The notes below the pieces were generated by a model. That model had not been told where the DNA came from. It ran no database searches and saw nothing but the letters and a program-made list of their open reading frames with translations. Of a DNA stretch of 64,000 bases, positions 34,120 through 43,423 are shown piece after piece (position 1 is the stretch's first letter; each line of letters starts with the position of its first letter). Source of the stretch: Candidatus Omnitrophota bacterium (GTDB lineage Bacteria > Omnitrophota > Gorgyraeia > Zapsychrales > JANLHA01); contig JAKLFA010000003.1 of assembly GCA_022711395.1 (NCBI GenBank), forward strand, positions 34,509 through 98,508, in the 5' to 3' direction. A program made the position numbers and the translations under genes.

Positions 34120-35869
34120 CTGCCCTTAATGGTTTATACTCAAACCCTGTCCATTGAATGTTCATATGATTGGAAAATTCCAAAACATTTAACCGAACGC
34201 CGTGCACCAGGATCGCCATCGATCCCAGGACAATGTTCAAGACATGCCCCGTTACCAGGATCGCCGCCGTGATAACGCCGGTGAACACGTTCCCGAAGCC
34301 GACACTTAAAGCGATGTCATTGAACGCATCCGCGATCGCAACTCCCGCCAGGCCGACGGCGAACAAACGGATATAGGAGATCACGTCCGTAAAAGTATTG
34401 ATAAATCCCCCGAAGAACGCCCCCATGCCCTGTCCTGCCGTTTTCAGGATATTTTTGCTCGGCGCGGAATAAAAAATGACCAAAAGCGCTCCTAAAACCA
34501 TCAGCCCCGGAGCGAACACCGGCATCGGCTCTTCAATAATAAGCTGTTTGACCAAAAAGAACATCCCCCAGATCCACGCCGCCCAACCGAATTCCCCAAA
34601 CGCCGAAAAAGACGGCGAACGAAGGATCCCTCTCCAGATATGGGCGAAGCTGAGCTGAACTGCCCCGATCAGAAAACACACCTTCTGCACATTGGCGTTA
34701 TCGGTCAACCACGGCGACAAAGGAGCGATCAAGCCGTGCAGCCATTTCTGGCCGAACCATGTCCCGGTCAACGCGCCCCAGGCGATCGTCATGGCGGCAA
34801 GAATATACATTAAATAAAAAGGCTCTTTGCGCGCGATCTTCTCGCCGGCCTTCCACTGGATCAAAGCCGTCCCCAGCGCGAACACGGCGCCGTAGCCGGC
34901 ATCCCCGATCAGAATGCCGAAAAAGATCGAAAAGAAAAATAAGAACGCGAAACTGATATCCAACTCCCGGTAGCCGGGCAGGACATTGATCAGCTTCAAG
35001 ACAGGATTAACGATATTCACCCATTCCGGATTACGCAAAAGCGTGGGGACCTGGTCTTCTTCGGAAGGATCTTCCATGATCAGCGCCCACTGGTGTTGCC
35101 GGGCCGCCGCTTCAATTTCCTGGCAGGCGTCCTCCGGGCAAAATCCCCTGATCACGCTTAAAGGCCCGTCCACATTCCGGCCGCAAAGGGCTTCATGATA
35201 TGACAGCTGCGCCTGAAGCTTGTTAAGCGCGTCCTCGAACGATCCGCAGTATTTGGCGCAATCCCGGATAAAATCCTGCAGGTCCTGACGTTCATTATTG
35301 GACCGCTGGATCAATTCCTGAAATTGCTCAACGCTGTGTTTCGGAGGAACGACCTCATCAAAATCAAGCTTGACCCGCTGCGACGAAAAGACCGCCAAAC
35401 GCGTCAGGCCGTCCGCGGTAAAAATGTGCTCGACCGTCAGCCCTTCCGGGATCTCCGCCAGTTTGCTTTCCGGGACCCGGAACAACTGGACATGGATCCC
35501 CTTTTTCTGAAGGGCCTCAATGTCCGCCGGATCCAAGTTGCCCCAACGCTGCCAGCGGTGAAGCTGACTCTCAAGTTCAATGATCTCTTCTTCCAATTCC
35601 TTACTGCGCTCTTCCGCCGTCAGGACATTGATGAACATCTGCTCCCAATGCTCACAGGGGACCTGCGGGGCCTGTCCTTTAAGGGGCTCAAGGATGTTGA
35701 GAACCTCTTCCATGCGCTCGATCTCGGCGCGGAGCCGTTCGACCCGCTCCCCTTTGGGAAGCTGATCGTGCTCGACATGAAGGACCCCCATCCCCGCCAG
35801 AACATCCAGCGCGTTATGGATATCCTTATCCTCCAGCACGACATAAATTTTTTTCATGGGAACGATCAT
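34097..35869 (-). CDS. atpI: V-type ATP synthase subunit I (a subunit)
   Basis: 590 aa. An N-terminal coiled-coil cytosolic domain, then a C-terminal polytopic membrane domain. Confidence 0.85.
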   Translation of the reverse strand: MIVPMKKIYVVLEDKDIHNALDVLAGMGVLHVEHDQLPKGERVERLRAEIERMEEVLNILEPLKGQAPQVPCEHWEQMFINVLTAEERSKELEEEIIELESQLHRWQRWGNLDPADIEALQKKGIHVQLFRVPESKLAEIPEGLTVEHIFTADGLTRLAVFSSQRVKLDFDEVVPPKHSVEQFQELIQRSNNERQDLQDFIRDCAKYCGSFEDALNKLQAQLSYHEALCGRNVDGPLSVIRGFCPEDACQEIEAAARQHQWALIMEDPSEEDQVPTLLRNPEWVNIVNPVLKLINVLPGYRELDISFAFLFFFSIFFGILIGDAGYGAVFALGTALIQWKAGEKIARKEPFYLMYILAAMTIAWGALTGTWFGQKWLHGLIAPLSPWLTDNANVQKVCFLIGAVQLSFAHIWRGILRSPSFSAFGEFGWAAWIWGMFFLVKQLIIEEPMPVFAPGLMVLGALLVIFYSAPSKNILKTAGQGMGAFFGGFINTFTDVISYIRLFAVGLAGVAIADAFNDIALSVGFGNVFTGVITAAILVTGHVLNIVLGSMAILVHGVRLNVLEFSNHMNIQWTGFEYKPLRAGTKTQDT

Positions 35870-35891
35870 ACGTTTTCACTTCATTTAAAAA

Positions 35892-35952
35892 GACACTGGG
35901 GCACTCTGACACTCAGGCGCTGGTGTCTCAGTGCCATAGTGCCTTAGCGCCC
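35892..35952. repeat. Octamer-array inverted element D. GACACTGG-GGCACTCT-GACACTCA, loop GGCGC, then TGGTGTCT-CAGTGCCA-TAGTGCCT-TAGCGCCC. The right arm overlaps the atpD stop codon.
   Basis: Read directly. Base pairing was checked by hand: about 20 bp of imperfect stem. Confidence 0.7.
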
Positions 35953-36585
35953 TACTGTTGCCAACTCAATCTTCTTCTTCGCCACTTTACTGATGCCGAC
36001 GGCATTCGCCTGCTGGTCCCCCAGATAGATCGTGATCTTGCGGATATTCTCCTGGCATTCTGGGATCTTGACCTTTTCAAAAAGATTGACCCTCTGCGTC
36101 GTTGTCCGCAGCTCAATCCCCAAACAGCGGATCTCCTCTTCAATGACCTGCACTCTCACCAGGCATTCCACATAGGCCTTGAGCTGTTCGATCCCGCGGT
36201 CCAGCCACAAAGGCGCCAAGAACGGATCGCGTTCAACGGCCGGGCACATGATCTTGTTAAAGACCGGCACATACGCCCCGGCGACATTGGCCTGGCCCAG
36301 CATAATATCAAGAGGAAGGACCGCTTTCTGAAGGTCGCAGACCGGGCCCGCGCCCTGAGGGCCCTGCTTTAAAGACGGGTCCGCCAGAAGACCGACCCAG
36401 CGGGCGATCAAATCCTTCTTCTGCTTCAGCTCTTCCTGCTGCTGCGAAAGGCTGCGCTGCGCCTCAAAGATCTTCATCTGAAGCTGCTGTTTCTTGAGCT
36501 GCAGCGTGGGAAGATACCTTTTGAACTGCCCGAGGGCGTCCCGCTGGCGCTTCAATTCGCCTTTTGTTAATTTGATCTTAGCCAC
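35944..36585 (-). CDS. atpD: V-type ATP synthase subunit D (GTG start)
   Basis: 213 aa. N-terminal MAKIKLTKGELKRQRDALGQFKRYLPTLQLKKQQL is the subunit D signature helix. Confidence 0.85.
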   Translation of the reverse strand: MAKIKLTKGELKRQRDALGQFKRYLPTLQLKKQQLQMKIFEAQRSLSQQQEELKQKKDLIARWVGLLADPSLKQGPQGAGPVCDLQKAVLPLDIMLGQANVAGAYVPVFNKIMCPAVERDPFLAPLWLDRGIEQLKAYVECLVRVQVIEEEIRCLGIELRTTTQRVNLFEKVKIPECQENIRKITIYLGDQQANAVGISKVAKKKIELATVGR

Positions 36586-36603
36586 TTTGAACTTTCTTAT
36601 AAA

Positions 36604-36732
36604 GGAAAATGGAGCATGGAAAACAGATTACGGAAAAACCAAACAACATAAACTTAAAACCCTCAAAACTTTTAACTCTTCCTACGTGTTGTTTTTTGTC
36701 TTCCGTTCTCCGTCCTCCATTTTCCATATCCC
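36604..36732. repeat. Octamer-array inverted element E. GGAAAATG-GAGCATGG-AAAACAGA-TTACGGAA-AAACC, 60-nt spacer, TTCCGTTC-TCCGTCCT-CCATTTTC-CATATCCC. It ends 8 nt before the atpB stop codon.
   Basis: Read directly. The left arm is nearly identical to element K (AAAACAGCTTACGGATAAACCC). Confidence 0.65.
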
Positions 36733-36740
36733 TATCAGTA

Positions 36741-38033
36741 TTATTTTTTCCAGTATTTCTTAACCAGCGCGTCCTTGATCCCTGTTTCTTCCGGGTCAAA
36801 AATATCGGACAGGATCCTCCATCCCAGATCAAGGGCCTCCTCCAGCGGAATGTTGACCGACAGCGACATCAATTCCTCTTCAAACCGCTTGCCGTATTTC
36901 AATAATTTCTCGTCCCAGGCGCTCATCTGAAATCCAAGCGCTTTTTTCTCAAGTGTGGAGCGGTAATCCGCGAACAGCTGGATCATGCGGTCCATGATCG
37001 CGCGGTGGTCAGGCCGGGTGTCGCCGTTGACCTGCTGCTTCAAACGGCTCAAAGACCCGAACGGCTCGATATGCCCACCTTTAAGGTAGAACTGTCCCTC
37101 GGTGATATAACCGGTGTTGTCCGGCACAGGATGGGTCACGTCGTCCCCCGGCATGGTGGTGACCGCAAGGACCGTAATGGAACCCGCCCCGTCAAAGTCG
37201 ACTGCCTTTTCATAACGGGCCGCCAACTGGCTGTAAAGGTCTCCGGGATACCCGCGATTCGACGGGATCTGTTCCATGGTGATGGCGATCTCTTTCATGG
37301 CGTCCGCGAAGTTGGTCATGTCCGTCAAAAGCACAAGCACGCGCTTCCCCTGCAGGGCGAACTGCTCGGCCACCGCCAGGCACATGTCCGGCACCAGAAG
37401 GCATTCGACCGTCGGATCAGAGGCTGTGTGAATAAAAAGCACCGAGCGGGAAAGGGCCCCGTGTTCTTCAAAGGTGTCCTTAAAGAAAAGGTAGTCATCA
37501 TATTTCAAACCCATGCCGCCCAAAATGATCATATCGACCTCGGCCTGCATGGCAATGCGCGCCAAAAGCGGGTTATACGGCTCTCCGGCGATCGAAAAAA
37601 TGGGAAGCTTCTGGGATTCCACCAGCGTGTTGAAGACGTCGATCATCGGAATGCCGGTGCGCACCATCTTCCTGGGAATCACGCGCTTTGCCGGGTTGAC
37701 CGAAGGCCCGCCGATCTCGGTCATGCGTTCCTGCAGGACAGGGCCGTTATCCCTGGGCTGGCCGCTGCCGTCGAACACGCGACCAAGAAGGTCATCGCTG
37801 ATCGAAACCTGCATCGGCCGTTTTAAGAACATTACCCTGTCATTGGTCGATATCCCGCGGCTGCCGGCCAGGACCTGCAAAGAGACCTTTGCCCCGTCCA
37901 TGCGGATGACCTGAGCCAGGGATGTTCCCTGCGCGGTCCTGATCTGGGCCAGTTCGCGGTAAGCCACATCTTCAGCCTCAACAGTGATGACGTCTCCGGC
38001 GATCTGAATGATTTCATTATAAACTTTTTGCAT
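36741..38033 (-). CDS. atpB: V-type ATP synthase subunit B. The start was taken at MQKVYNEII.
   Basis: Non-catalytic subunit signature, with no intact P-loop, and homology to the A/B family throughout (…[10 protein letters not shown]…, …[11 protein letters not shown]…). Confidence 0.85.
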   Translation of the reverse strand: MQKVYNEIIQIAGDVITVEAEDVAYRELAQIRTAQGTSLAQVIRMDGAKVSLQVLAGSRGISTNDRVMFLKRPMQVSISDDLLGRVFDGSGQPRDNGPVLQERMTEIGGPSVNPAKRVIPRKMVRTGIPMIDVFNTLVESQKLPIFSIAGEPYNPLLARIAMQAEVDMIILGGMGLKYDDYLFFKDTFEEHGALSRSVLFIHTASDPTVECLLVPDMCLAVAEQFALQGKRVLVLLTDMTNFADAMKEIAITMEQIPSNRGYPGDLYSQLAARYEKAVDFDGAGSITVLAVTTMPGDDVTHPVPDNTGYITEGQFYLKGGHIEPFGSLSRLKQQVNGDTRPDHRAIMDRMIQLFADYRSTLEKKALGFQMSAWDEKLLKYGKRFEEELMSLSVNIPLEEALDLGWRILSDIFDPEETGIKDALVKKYWKK

Positions 38034-38062
38034 AAACAATCCTTTTAGAAAAATTAATAAAT

Positions 38063-38217
38063 GACACCAAGACACTAGGACACTACGGCACTAAAAACCT
38101 TAAATCCTTAAAACCTAAAAACAAAAATGTCTTTTTTTAATTTTTCGTTTTCACGTTTTCACTTTTAACATTTTCCCGTTCTTCCCGGTGCCTCAGTGCC
38201 TCAGTGCCTTAGTGCCC
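38063..38217. repeat. Octamer-array inverted element F. GACACCAA-GACACTAG-GACACTAC-GGCACTAA, an AT-rich spacer carrying a second array GTTTTCAC-GTTTTCAC-TTTTAACA-TTTTCCCG-TTCTTCCC, then CCGGTGCC-TCAGTGCC-TCAGTGCC-TTAGTGCC. The right arm overlaps the atpA stop codon by 9 nt.
   Basis: Read directly. Confidence 0.7.
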
Positions 38218-39933
38218 GATTTTCTCAAATATCCCCTTTTCCATCTGTTTAAAATCGCCGCTTTCAAACTCTGCCGAGTTCCAGTTAATGAACCTTTGCC
38301 GCAGGTCCTGAAAAGACCGGCGGGCCTCATCCTTATGTTTAAAATTGAACGGCGCTTCAAGGACCTGAACCAGCCTGTCAAAAACATAGACCTGCCGTTC
38401 TTTCGGGGTATATTCATCGACCTTATCGAACGCGTTCTGCTGCAAATAGACGGAATCAAAGAATTCCGCTTTTAAATAGACCACAAAATCGTCCATGGAG
38501 GTCCCCTCTTCACCGACGACCTTCATCATCTGTCCGATGTTGCTGCCTTTGCGCAGGATGCTGACCGCTTTCTGGATCTTTCCGGCATCGATAAAACTGC
38601 TGTATTTGCTCCAGCTGTCCAGCGGGTCGATGGCCGGGTACCGGCGCGCGTCCGAACGCGCCCGTGACAACCCATGAAAAGCGCCCACGACCTTCAGCGT
38701 CCCCTGGGTGACCGGCTCTTCAAAGTTCCCCCCGGCGGGTGAAACGCTTCCGCCAATAGTGATCGATCCGGTCTCCCCGTTCCTGAGCTGAACAAGCCCC
38801 GCCCGTTCATAAAAAGACGCGATACGGGACTCCAGATAAGCCGGAAACGCCTCCTCTCCGGGGATCTCTTCAAGGCGCCCTGACATCTCACGCATCGCCT
38901 GGGCCCAGCGCGACGTGGAGTCCGCCAACAACAAAACATTCAATCCCATCTGGCGGTAATACTCCGCCAGGGTCACTGCCGTGTAAACCGAAGATTCGCG
39001 CGCGGCGACCGGCATCGAACTGGTGTTGCAAATGATGATCGTGCGCTCCATCAGGGTCTTTCCGGTCCGCGGGTCATGCAGTTTGGGAAATTCCCTCAAG
39101 ACTTCCACGACCTCACCGGCGCGCTCACCGCAGGCGGCAATCACCACGATATCGACCTCCGCGTGACGGCTCAACAAATGCTGAAGGACCGTCTTTCCGG
39201 CGCCGAACGGCCCCGGCGTGCAGAACGTTCCGCCCAGCGCCACCGGCACCAGCGTGTCGATGATGCGGATCTTGGTGACCATCGGGTCCACCGGCTTCAA
39301 TTTCTGAGCATAGGCCGTGATCGGGACCTTGACCGGCCAGGTTTGATACATCGTCACCTCGTGCACCTTGCCGGCGGTGTCCTTGACCTTGGCGATCACA
39401 TCACGGATCTTATATTTCCCTTTTTGTGCGACCTCGACGACTTCCAGGATCTCGTTCTGAAAGCGGAACGGGACCATGATCCAATGTTCAAAGATCCCCT
39501 CGGGCACGCTGCCCAGCTTATCGCCTGAACGGACCTTGTCCCCGCGTTTGGACTTGGGCGTGAATTCCCACTGCGCCTGAAGGTCCAGCGCCGGAAGATA
39601 AACGCCCCGCTTTAAAAAGAAACCATGCTGCTGGGCAAGCTCCGGAAGCGGGTTCTGCAACCCGTCAAAAACCTGGGTCAAAAGCCCCGGCCCAAGCTCC
39701 ACGCTTAAAAGTTCACCGCTGAATTCCACCCGGTCATTGACCTTTACCCCACTGGTATCCTCAAAGACCTGAAGGTCCGCGCGCTTGCCTCTTACGCGAA
39801 TGACCTCCGCTTTGAGACTTTCCTCCCCGCGCTGAATATAGGCCACCTCGTTCTGCATGACGCGGTCCTCAAAGCGGACCGCGACCATGTTCCCGTTTAT
39901 GCCGATCACTGACCCTTCACGTTTATCGCTCAC
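38209..39933 (-). CDS. atpA: V-type ATP synthase catalytic subunit A
   Basis: 574 aa. Walker A GPFGAGKTVLQ and an N-terminal beta-barrel domain. Confidence 0.9.
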   Translation of the reverse strand: MSDKREGSVIGINGNMVAVRFEDRVMQNEVAYIQRGEESLKAEVIRVRGKRADLQVFEDTSGVKVNDRVEFSGELLSVELGPGLLTQVFDGLQNPLPELAQQHGFFLKRGVYLPALDLQAQWEFTPKSKRGDKVRSGDKLGSVPEGIFEHWIMVPFRFQNEILEVVEVAQKGKYKIRDVIAKVKDTAGKVHEVTMYQTWPVKVPITAYAQKLKPVDPMVTKIRIIDTLVPVALGGTFCTPGPFGAGKTVLQHLLSRHAEVDIVVIAACGERAGEVVEVLREFPKLHDPRTGKTLMERTIIICNTSSMPVAARESSVYTAVTLAEYYRQMGLNVLLLADSTSRWAQAMREMSGRLEEIPGEEAFPAYLESRIASFYERAGLVQLRNGETGSITIGGSVSPAGGNFEEPVTQGTLKVVGAFHGLSRARSDARRYPAIDPLDSWSKYSSFIDAGKIQKAVSILRKGSNIGQMMKVVGEEGTSMDDFVVYLKAEFFDSVYLQQNAFDKVDEYTPKERQVYVFDRLVQVLEAPFNFKHKDEARRSFQDLRQRFINWNSAEFESGDFKQMEKGIFEKIGH

Positions 39934-39963
39934 AATGCACTCCTTTTATCTCTCATCGACCTT

Positions 39964-40518
39964 TTATTTAAAAGTCCTGATTTTTTCGTCCTTCATCTTC
40001 AGGACGTTCACTTCGATCGCCTCAAAGATCTGCCGCCCCTCCTGGGAGGCGAAGACCGACAACCGCTCCAGGATCTTCAATTTCGCGGCATAGATCAAAA
40101 TGCACTCCAGATCAAAAAAATGGTTCAAACTCATATGTTCCAGCCGGTCCCATTGAAGCCGCATCACCATTTTTTCAGCGGTCAAAAGGTCCCCTTCCTT
40201 GAAGGCCTGATTGACAATGTCCACGACCTCGGAGTCGAACCCCCGCTCAAAATTCAATGCCGCTCCGGCCCCCTGATGGGACAGGCGATGCCAGGCGATC
40301 TCCGCCTGCAGTTCATGGACAAACCTCTGCCATTGCGCTAGCAACGGATTAAACGGAGCGCCATTCCGCAGCCCCAGGGCGCGCTCAACGTCCTCGTAAT
40401 CTTCCTTTTTTAAAAGGCGTTCACAATCAATACGGAACTCCTCGACCGTGAGCGGTGAACTTCCGTTAAAGGCCAGTGTGGGTAACGTCGCGACAAAATA
40501 ATAATACGAGGAACTCAT
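39964..40518 (-). CDS. V-ATPase operon-associated protein (184 aa), possibly DUF2764 / subunit C-like
   Basis: It sits between atpE and atpA, as in the E, accessory, A, B, D, I, K operons of Bacteroidota, Chlamydiota and Spirochaetota. The protein is helical and I recognise no catalytic motif. Confidence 0.4.
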   Translation of the reverse strand: MSSSYYYFVATLPTLAFNGSSPLTVEEFRIDCERLLKKEDYEDVERALGLRNGAPFNPLLAQWQRFVHELQAEIAWHRLSHQGAGAALNFERGFDSEVVDIVNQAFKEGDLLTAEKMVMRLQWDRLEHMSLNHFFDLECILIYAAKLKILERLSVFASQEGRQIFEAIEVNVLKMKDEKIRTFK

Positions 40519-41144
40519 GACATCCCGGCTTCTTTCAAAAGTTTAGCGACCTCCGCGTTGACAAAAGCGCTCATATAGGAAGTCAGGCTTTCATTGGAAA
40601 AATCAAAACTGGATTTCCCGCCATCAAAACTGATCAAAAAACCGGAAGAGAGCTGGTCCGCCCGCTCCAGCGTGATCGAAGCTTTAAGCTGACCCTGCAA
40701 CGCCTTAAGCGAACCGTCGGAGAAGGCCTTAAGCTGCTGCTCCGGCAAAGCCACGCGGATGTCCGAGACCCCGGGATGCTTTGCGACATAGGCTTTTACG
40801 ACTTCCGTCAACAAACTCGCCACCTGTTCCGGTTTCAGGCCTTCTTTAACCTGGGCCGAAACGATGGCCTTCAGACGACGGAGGATCTCCGAACGGAGAG
40901 AAAGAAGCGTGTCGCGCGCGGCCTGTTTTAAAGTCGCGTTGGTCGCGGTTTCCTGCTTTTTCGCCTGGTCCTTAGCCTGCGAAACGATCTGCTCGGCCTG
41001 CGCCCTGGCTTTGGCCACGATCTCTTCAGCTTTCCGCTGCGCGGCCTGTTCGATCTCCTGGGCCTTTTTTGAGGAAGCCTCCACTCCTTCGGTCTTAATT
41101 TTATTGATCAAATCCTGAATATTCTGCGTCATGATAGTCTCCAT
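40515..41144 (-). CDS. atpE: V-type ATP synthase subunit E
   Basis: 209 aa. The N-terminal half is a long A/E/K/Q-rich helix (KKAQEIEQAAQRKAEEIVAKARAQAEQIVSQAKDQAKKQ), followed by a globular C-terminus. Confidence 0.8.
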   Translation of the reverse strand: METIMTQNIQDLINKIKTEGVEASSKKAQEIEQAAQRKAEEIVAKARAQAEQIVSQAKDQAKKQETATNATLKQAARDTLLSLRSEILRRLKAIVSAQVKEGLKPEQVASLLTEVVKAYVAKHPGVSDIRVALPEQQLKAFSDGSLKALQGQLKASITLERADQLSSGFLISFDGGKSSFDFSNESLTSYMSAFVNAEVAKLLKEAGMS

Positions 41145-41153
41145 TTAATGAAT

Positions 41154-41237
41154 GAACAATGAACAGATAACAATGAACAATTATGAGCGCACTGGAAGCA
41201 CGCGCCATCATTGTTAATTATTAATTATTAGTTGTTA
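41154..41237. repeat. Heptamer-array inverted element G. GAACAAT-GAACAGA-TAACAAT-GAACAAT, a GC-rich 28-nt core containing its own small hairpin, then ATTGTTA-ATTATTA-ATTATTA-GTTGTTA. The right arm overlaps the pyrF stop codon.
   Basis: Read directly. It occupies the whole pyrF-atpE intergenic region. Confidence 0.7.
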
Positions 41238-42020
41238 ACTGCTTTTTTGAATTTCCTCCAGGATCTTCAACGCAGCCTGTTGTGGGTCAGGAGCTTTAAC
41301 GATTGGACGGCCTACGACCAAAAAACTGCTTCCGCTTTGAACGGCCAGGGAAGGCGTCGCTACCCTTTTTTGGTCGCCGACATCAGCCCCAGCGGGCCGG
41401 ATGCCGGGTGTGACAATAACAAAATCTTTTCCGAACTCTTTCCGGATCGCAGAAGCCTCTGCGCAGGAAGAAACAACCCCATCTAATCCGGCGCGTTTAG
41501 CCGCCTCCGCACGCTTTAACACTAAGGTTAGTATATTATCGCTGACTTCTCCGCCTGTCAACCCCGCGGCCTGCGTCTTTTGATCCTGTGAGGTCAAGAC
41601 CGTGACCCCAACCGTAAGAGGCCGTCGGACCTTGAGCGTTTCGGCCGTCTGAGCGGCAGCCTGCGAGGCGGCCCTCATCATCTCTTCACCGCCGGAAGTG
41701 TGGACCGTATACATCAAAAGCTCTCCCATCCTGACCTCCTGCCCGCTGGCAGTCAGGCTGCTGCGGCCGACCGCGGTGCTTAAATTGACAGCGTTGGCAA
41801 CCGCATGGGCCACTGTATTGGGAATATCATGAAACTTGAGGTCCAGAAAAACTTCCTTCCCCCTCGCCATAAGAAATCTCGCTGCGGCAGGGCCGCAAGA
41901 AGTGAAGACCTGGCTTCCGACCTTATAAATTTTAACCGCGTCGCCGATCCCATCAACGATCTCTTGAAGCTCCGCCAAGCTGTCAACATCCAGCGCGACG
42001 ATCAACTCAGGCTTTTTCAT
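41235..42020 (-). CDS. pyrF: Orotidine-5'-phosphate decarboxylase
   Basis: 261 aa. LIVALDV..., FLDLKFHDIPNTV and a TIM-barrel OMPdecase pattern. Confidence 0.85.
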   Translation of the reverse strand: MKKPELIVALDVDSLAELQEIVDGIGDAVKIYKVGSQVFTSCGPAAARFLMARGKEVFLDLKFHDIPNTVAHAVANAVNLSTAVGRSSLTASGQEVRMGELLMYTVHTSGGEEMMRAASQAAAQTAETLKVRRPLTVGVTVLTSQDQKTQAAGLTGGEVSDNILTLVLKRAEAAKRAGLDGVVSSCAEASAIRKEFGKDFVIVTPGIRPAGADVGDQKRVATPSLAVQSGSSFLVVGRPIVKAPDPQQAALKILEEIQKSS

Positions 42021-42041
42021 AAGAAATTCCTTTTAAAAACT

Positions 42042-42149
42042 CACAGATAACAGTGAACAACTAACAATTGATGTGCGCCCTTTGGGCGCTAAATCTTTAG
42101 GCCGCGCAGCGGCACCACGACTGTTAATTATTATCTGTTAATTGTTAAC
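42042..42149. repeat. Heptamer-array inverted element H. CACAGAT-AACAGTG-AACAACT-AACAATT, a core with two GC hairpins (GCGCCC-TTT-GGGCGC and GCCGC-GCA-GCGGC), then TGTTAAT-TATTATC-TGTTAAT-TGTTAAC. It abuts the pyrD stop codon.
   Basis: Read directly. Confidence 0.7.
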
Positions 42150-43057
42150 TAAACAGCACATCCTATCAACTCTTTAATATCTTTTATGCCATTATCTTTC
42201 ATATACTGTTCAATACCTTCCAGGACCTGAAACGGCGCCAAGGGGTCGACAAAATTCATCGTTCCCACGGCGACCATGGTCGCCCCCGCCATAATGAACT
42301 CCAGCGCGTCATGGGCATTAACGATCCCGCCCATGGCGATGATCGGGATCCCGACCGTTGAAAAGGCCTCATAGACCATGCGCACGGCGACCGGCTTGAT
42401 CGCCGGGCCGCTCAATCCCCCGGTCACGTTCCCGAGCACCGGCCTGCGCTTTTTGACATCGATCGCCATCGCCGAAAGCGTGTTGATCAGGCTCAAGCCA
42501 TCAGCGCCCCCGTCCTGCGCCCCGCGGGCAATGACCTTGATATCGGTGACATTCGGCGTCAATTTGGCGATTACCGGAAGCTTCGTCGCTTTTTTGATCC
42601 TGTGGACCGTCTGACGCGTAAGCTCCGGGTCCTGGGCGATCAAAACTTTTTTTCGCAGGTTAGGGCAGGATAAATTCACCTCAAGGGCCGCAACACCCGG
42701 TATCCCGTTAAACCGCTGGGCCAGCTCGACAAATTCCTTCTCGTCATGCCCCAGGATGCTGGGAATAACCGGCACGCCCGTCCGCAAAAGTCCGGGCAGC
42801 TTATTGGCGATAAAATCATCCACTCCGCCATTCTCAATACCGATCGCGTTCAGCATGCCCGACGGTGTCTCGGCCACCCTTGGGGGAGGGTTCCCCTCCT
42901 GCGCGCGCAGCGTCACGGTCTTGGGAACGATCGCCCCAAAACGACGCATCTCCTCATCCGAATAATATTCCGGTTTATACCAGAACGTCCCGCTGGCAAC
43001 CGTCAAGGGGTTCTGGAACTCAACATTTGCGATCTTAACTTTAAGGTTTTTGCTCAT
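42149..43057 (-). CDS. pyrD: Dihydroorotate dehydrogenase catalytic subunit (class 1B)
   Basis: 302 aa. FMN-binding TIM barrel, with ...NLSCPN... and the active-site Cys region. Confidence 0.85.
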   Translation of the reverse strand: MSKNLKVKIANVEFQNPLTVASGTFWYKPEYYSDEEMRRFGAIVPKTVTLRAQEGNPPPRVAETPSGMLNAIGIENGGVDDFIANKLPGLLRTGVPVIPSILGHDEKEFVELAQRFNGIPGVAALEVNLSCPNLRKKVLIAQDPELTRQTVHRIKKATKLPVIAKLTPNVTDIKVIARGAQDGGADGLSLINTLSAMAIDVKKRRPVLGNVTGGLSGPAIKPVAVRMVYEAFSTVGIPIIAMGGIVNAHDALEFIMAGATMVAVGTMNFVDPLAPFQVLEGIEQYMKDNGIKDIKELIGCAV

Positions 43058-43410
43058 TTTAAAAATACCATTTTGATCCCGATCACGATCATATAAACAC
43101 CGAACAACTTTTTCAGGGCCGCGTCCGGCGTCGCCTGCGCGTAATGGGCGCCGACAAGCCCTCCCATGGTCAAACCGACCGCCACGATCAGCGCCACCGG
43201 AACATTCACGTGGCCTTCATGATAATATTTCAAGACCGCCAGGATGAAGACCGGCGCCAGCATCGCCGCCAGTGATGTTCCCTGCGCCTGATGCTGGCTC
43301 ATGCTGAAGAACATCATAAAAAACGGGATCATGATGCTTGCCCCGCCGATCCCCAGAAATCCGCTCAAAAGCCCTGCTAAAAACCCGACCATCAAATACC
43401 AGAAGGGCAT
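43054..43410 (-). CDS. Small TauE/SafE-like membrane protein (half-size, 4 TM)
   Basis: 118 aa. The GFLGIGGASI motif is typical of the TauE/SafE anion exporter repeat unit. Confidence 0.5.
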   Translation of the reverse strand: MPFWYLMVGFLAGLLSGFLGIGGASIMIPFFMMFFSMSQHQAQGTSLAAMLAPVFILAVLKYYHEGHVNVPVALIVAVGLTMGGLVGAHYAQATPDAALKKLFGVYMIVIGIKMVFLK

Positions 43411-43423
43411 CTTCCCTTCCTTT

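Noticed and set aside
33193-42149. CRISPR array as an explanation for the tandem 7-8-nt repeats
   Set aside because: The units are directly tandem with no spacers, far shorter than CRISPR repeats, occur as inverted pairs, and no cas genes are present.
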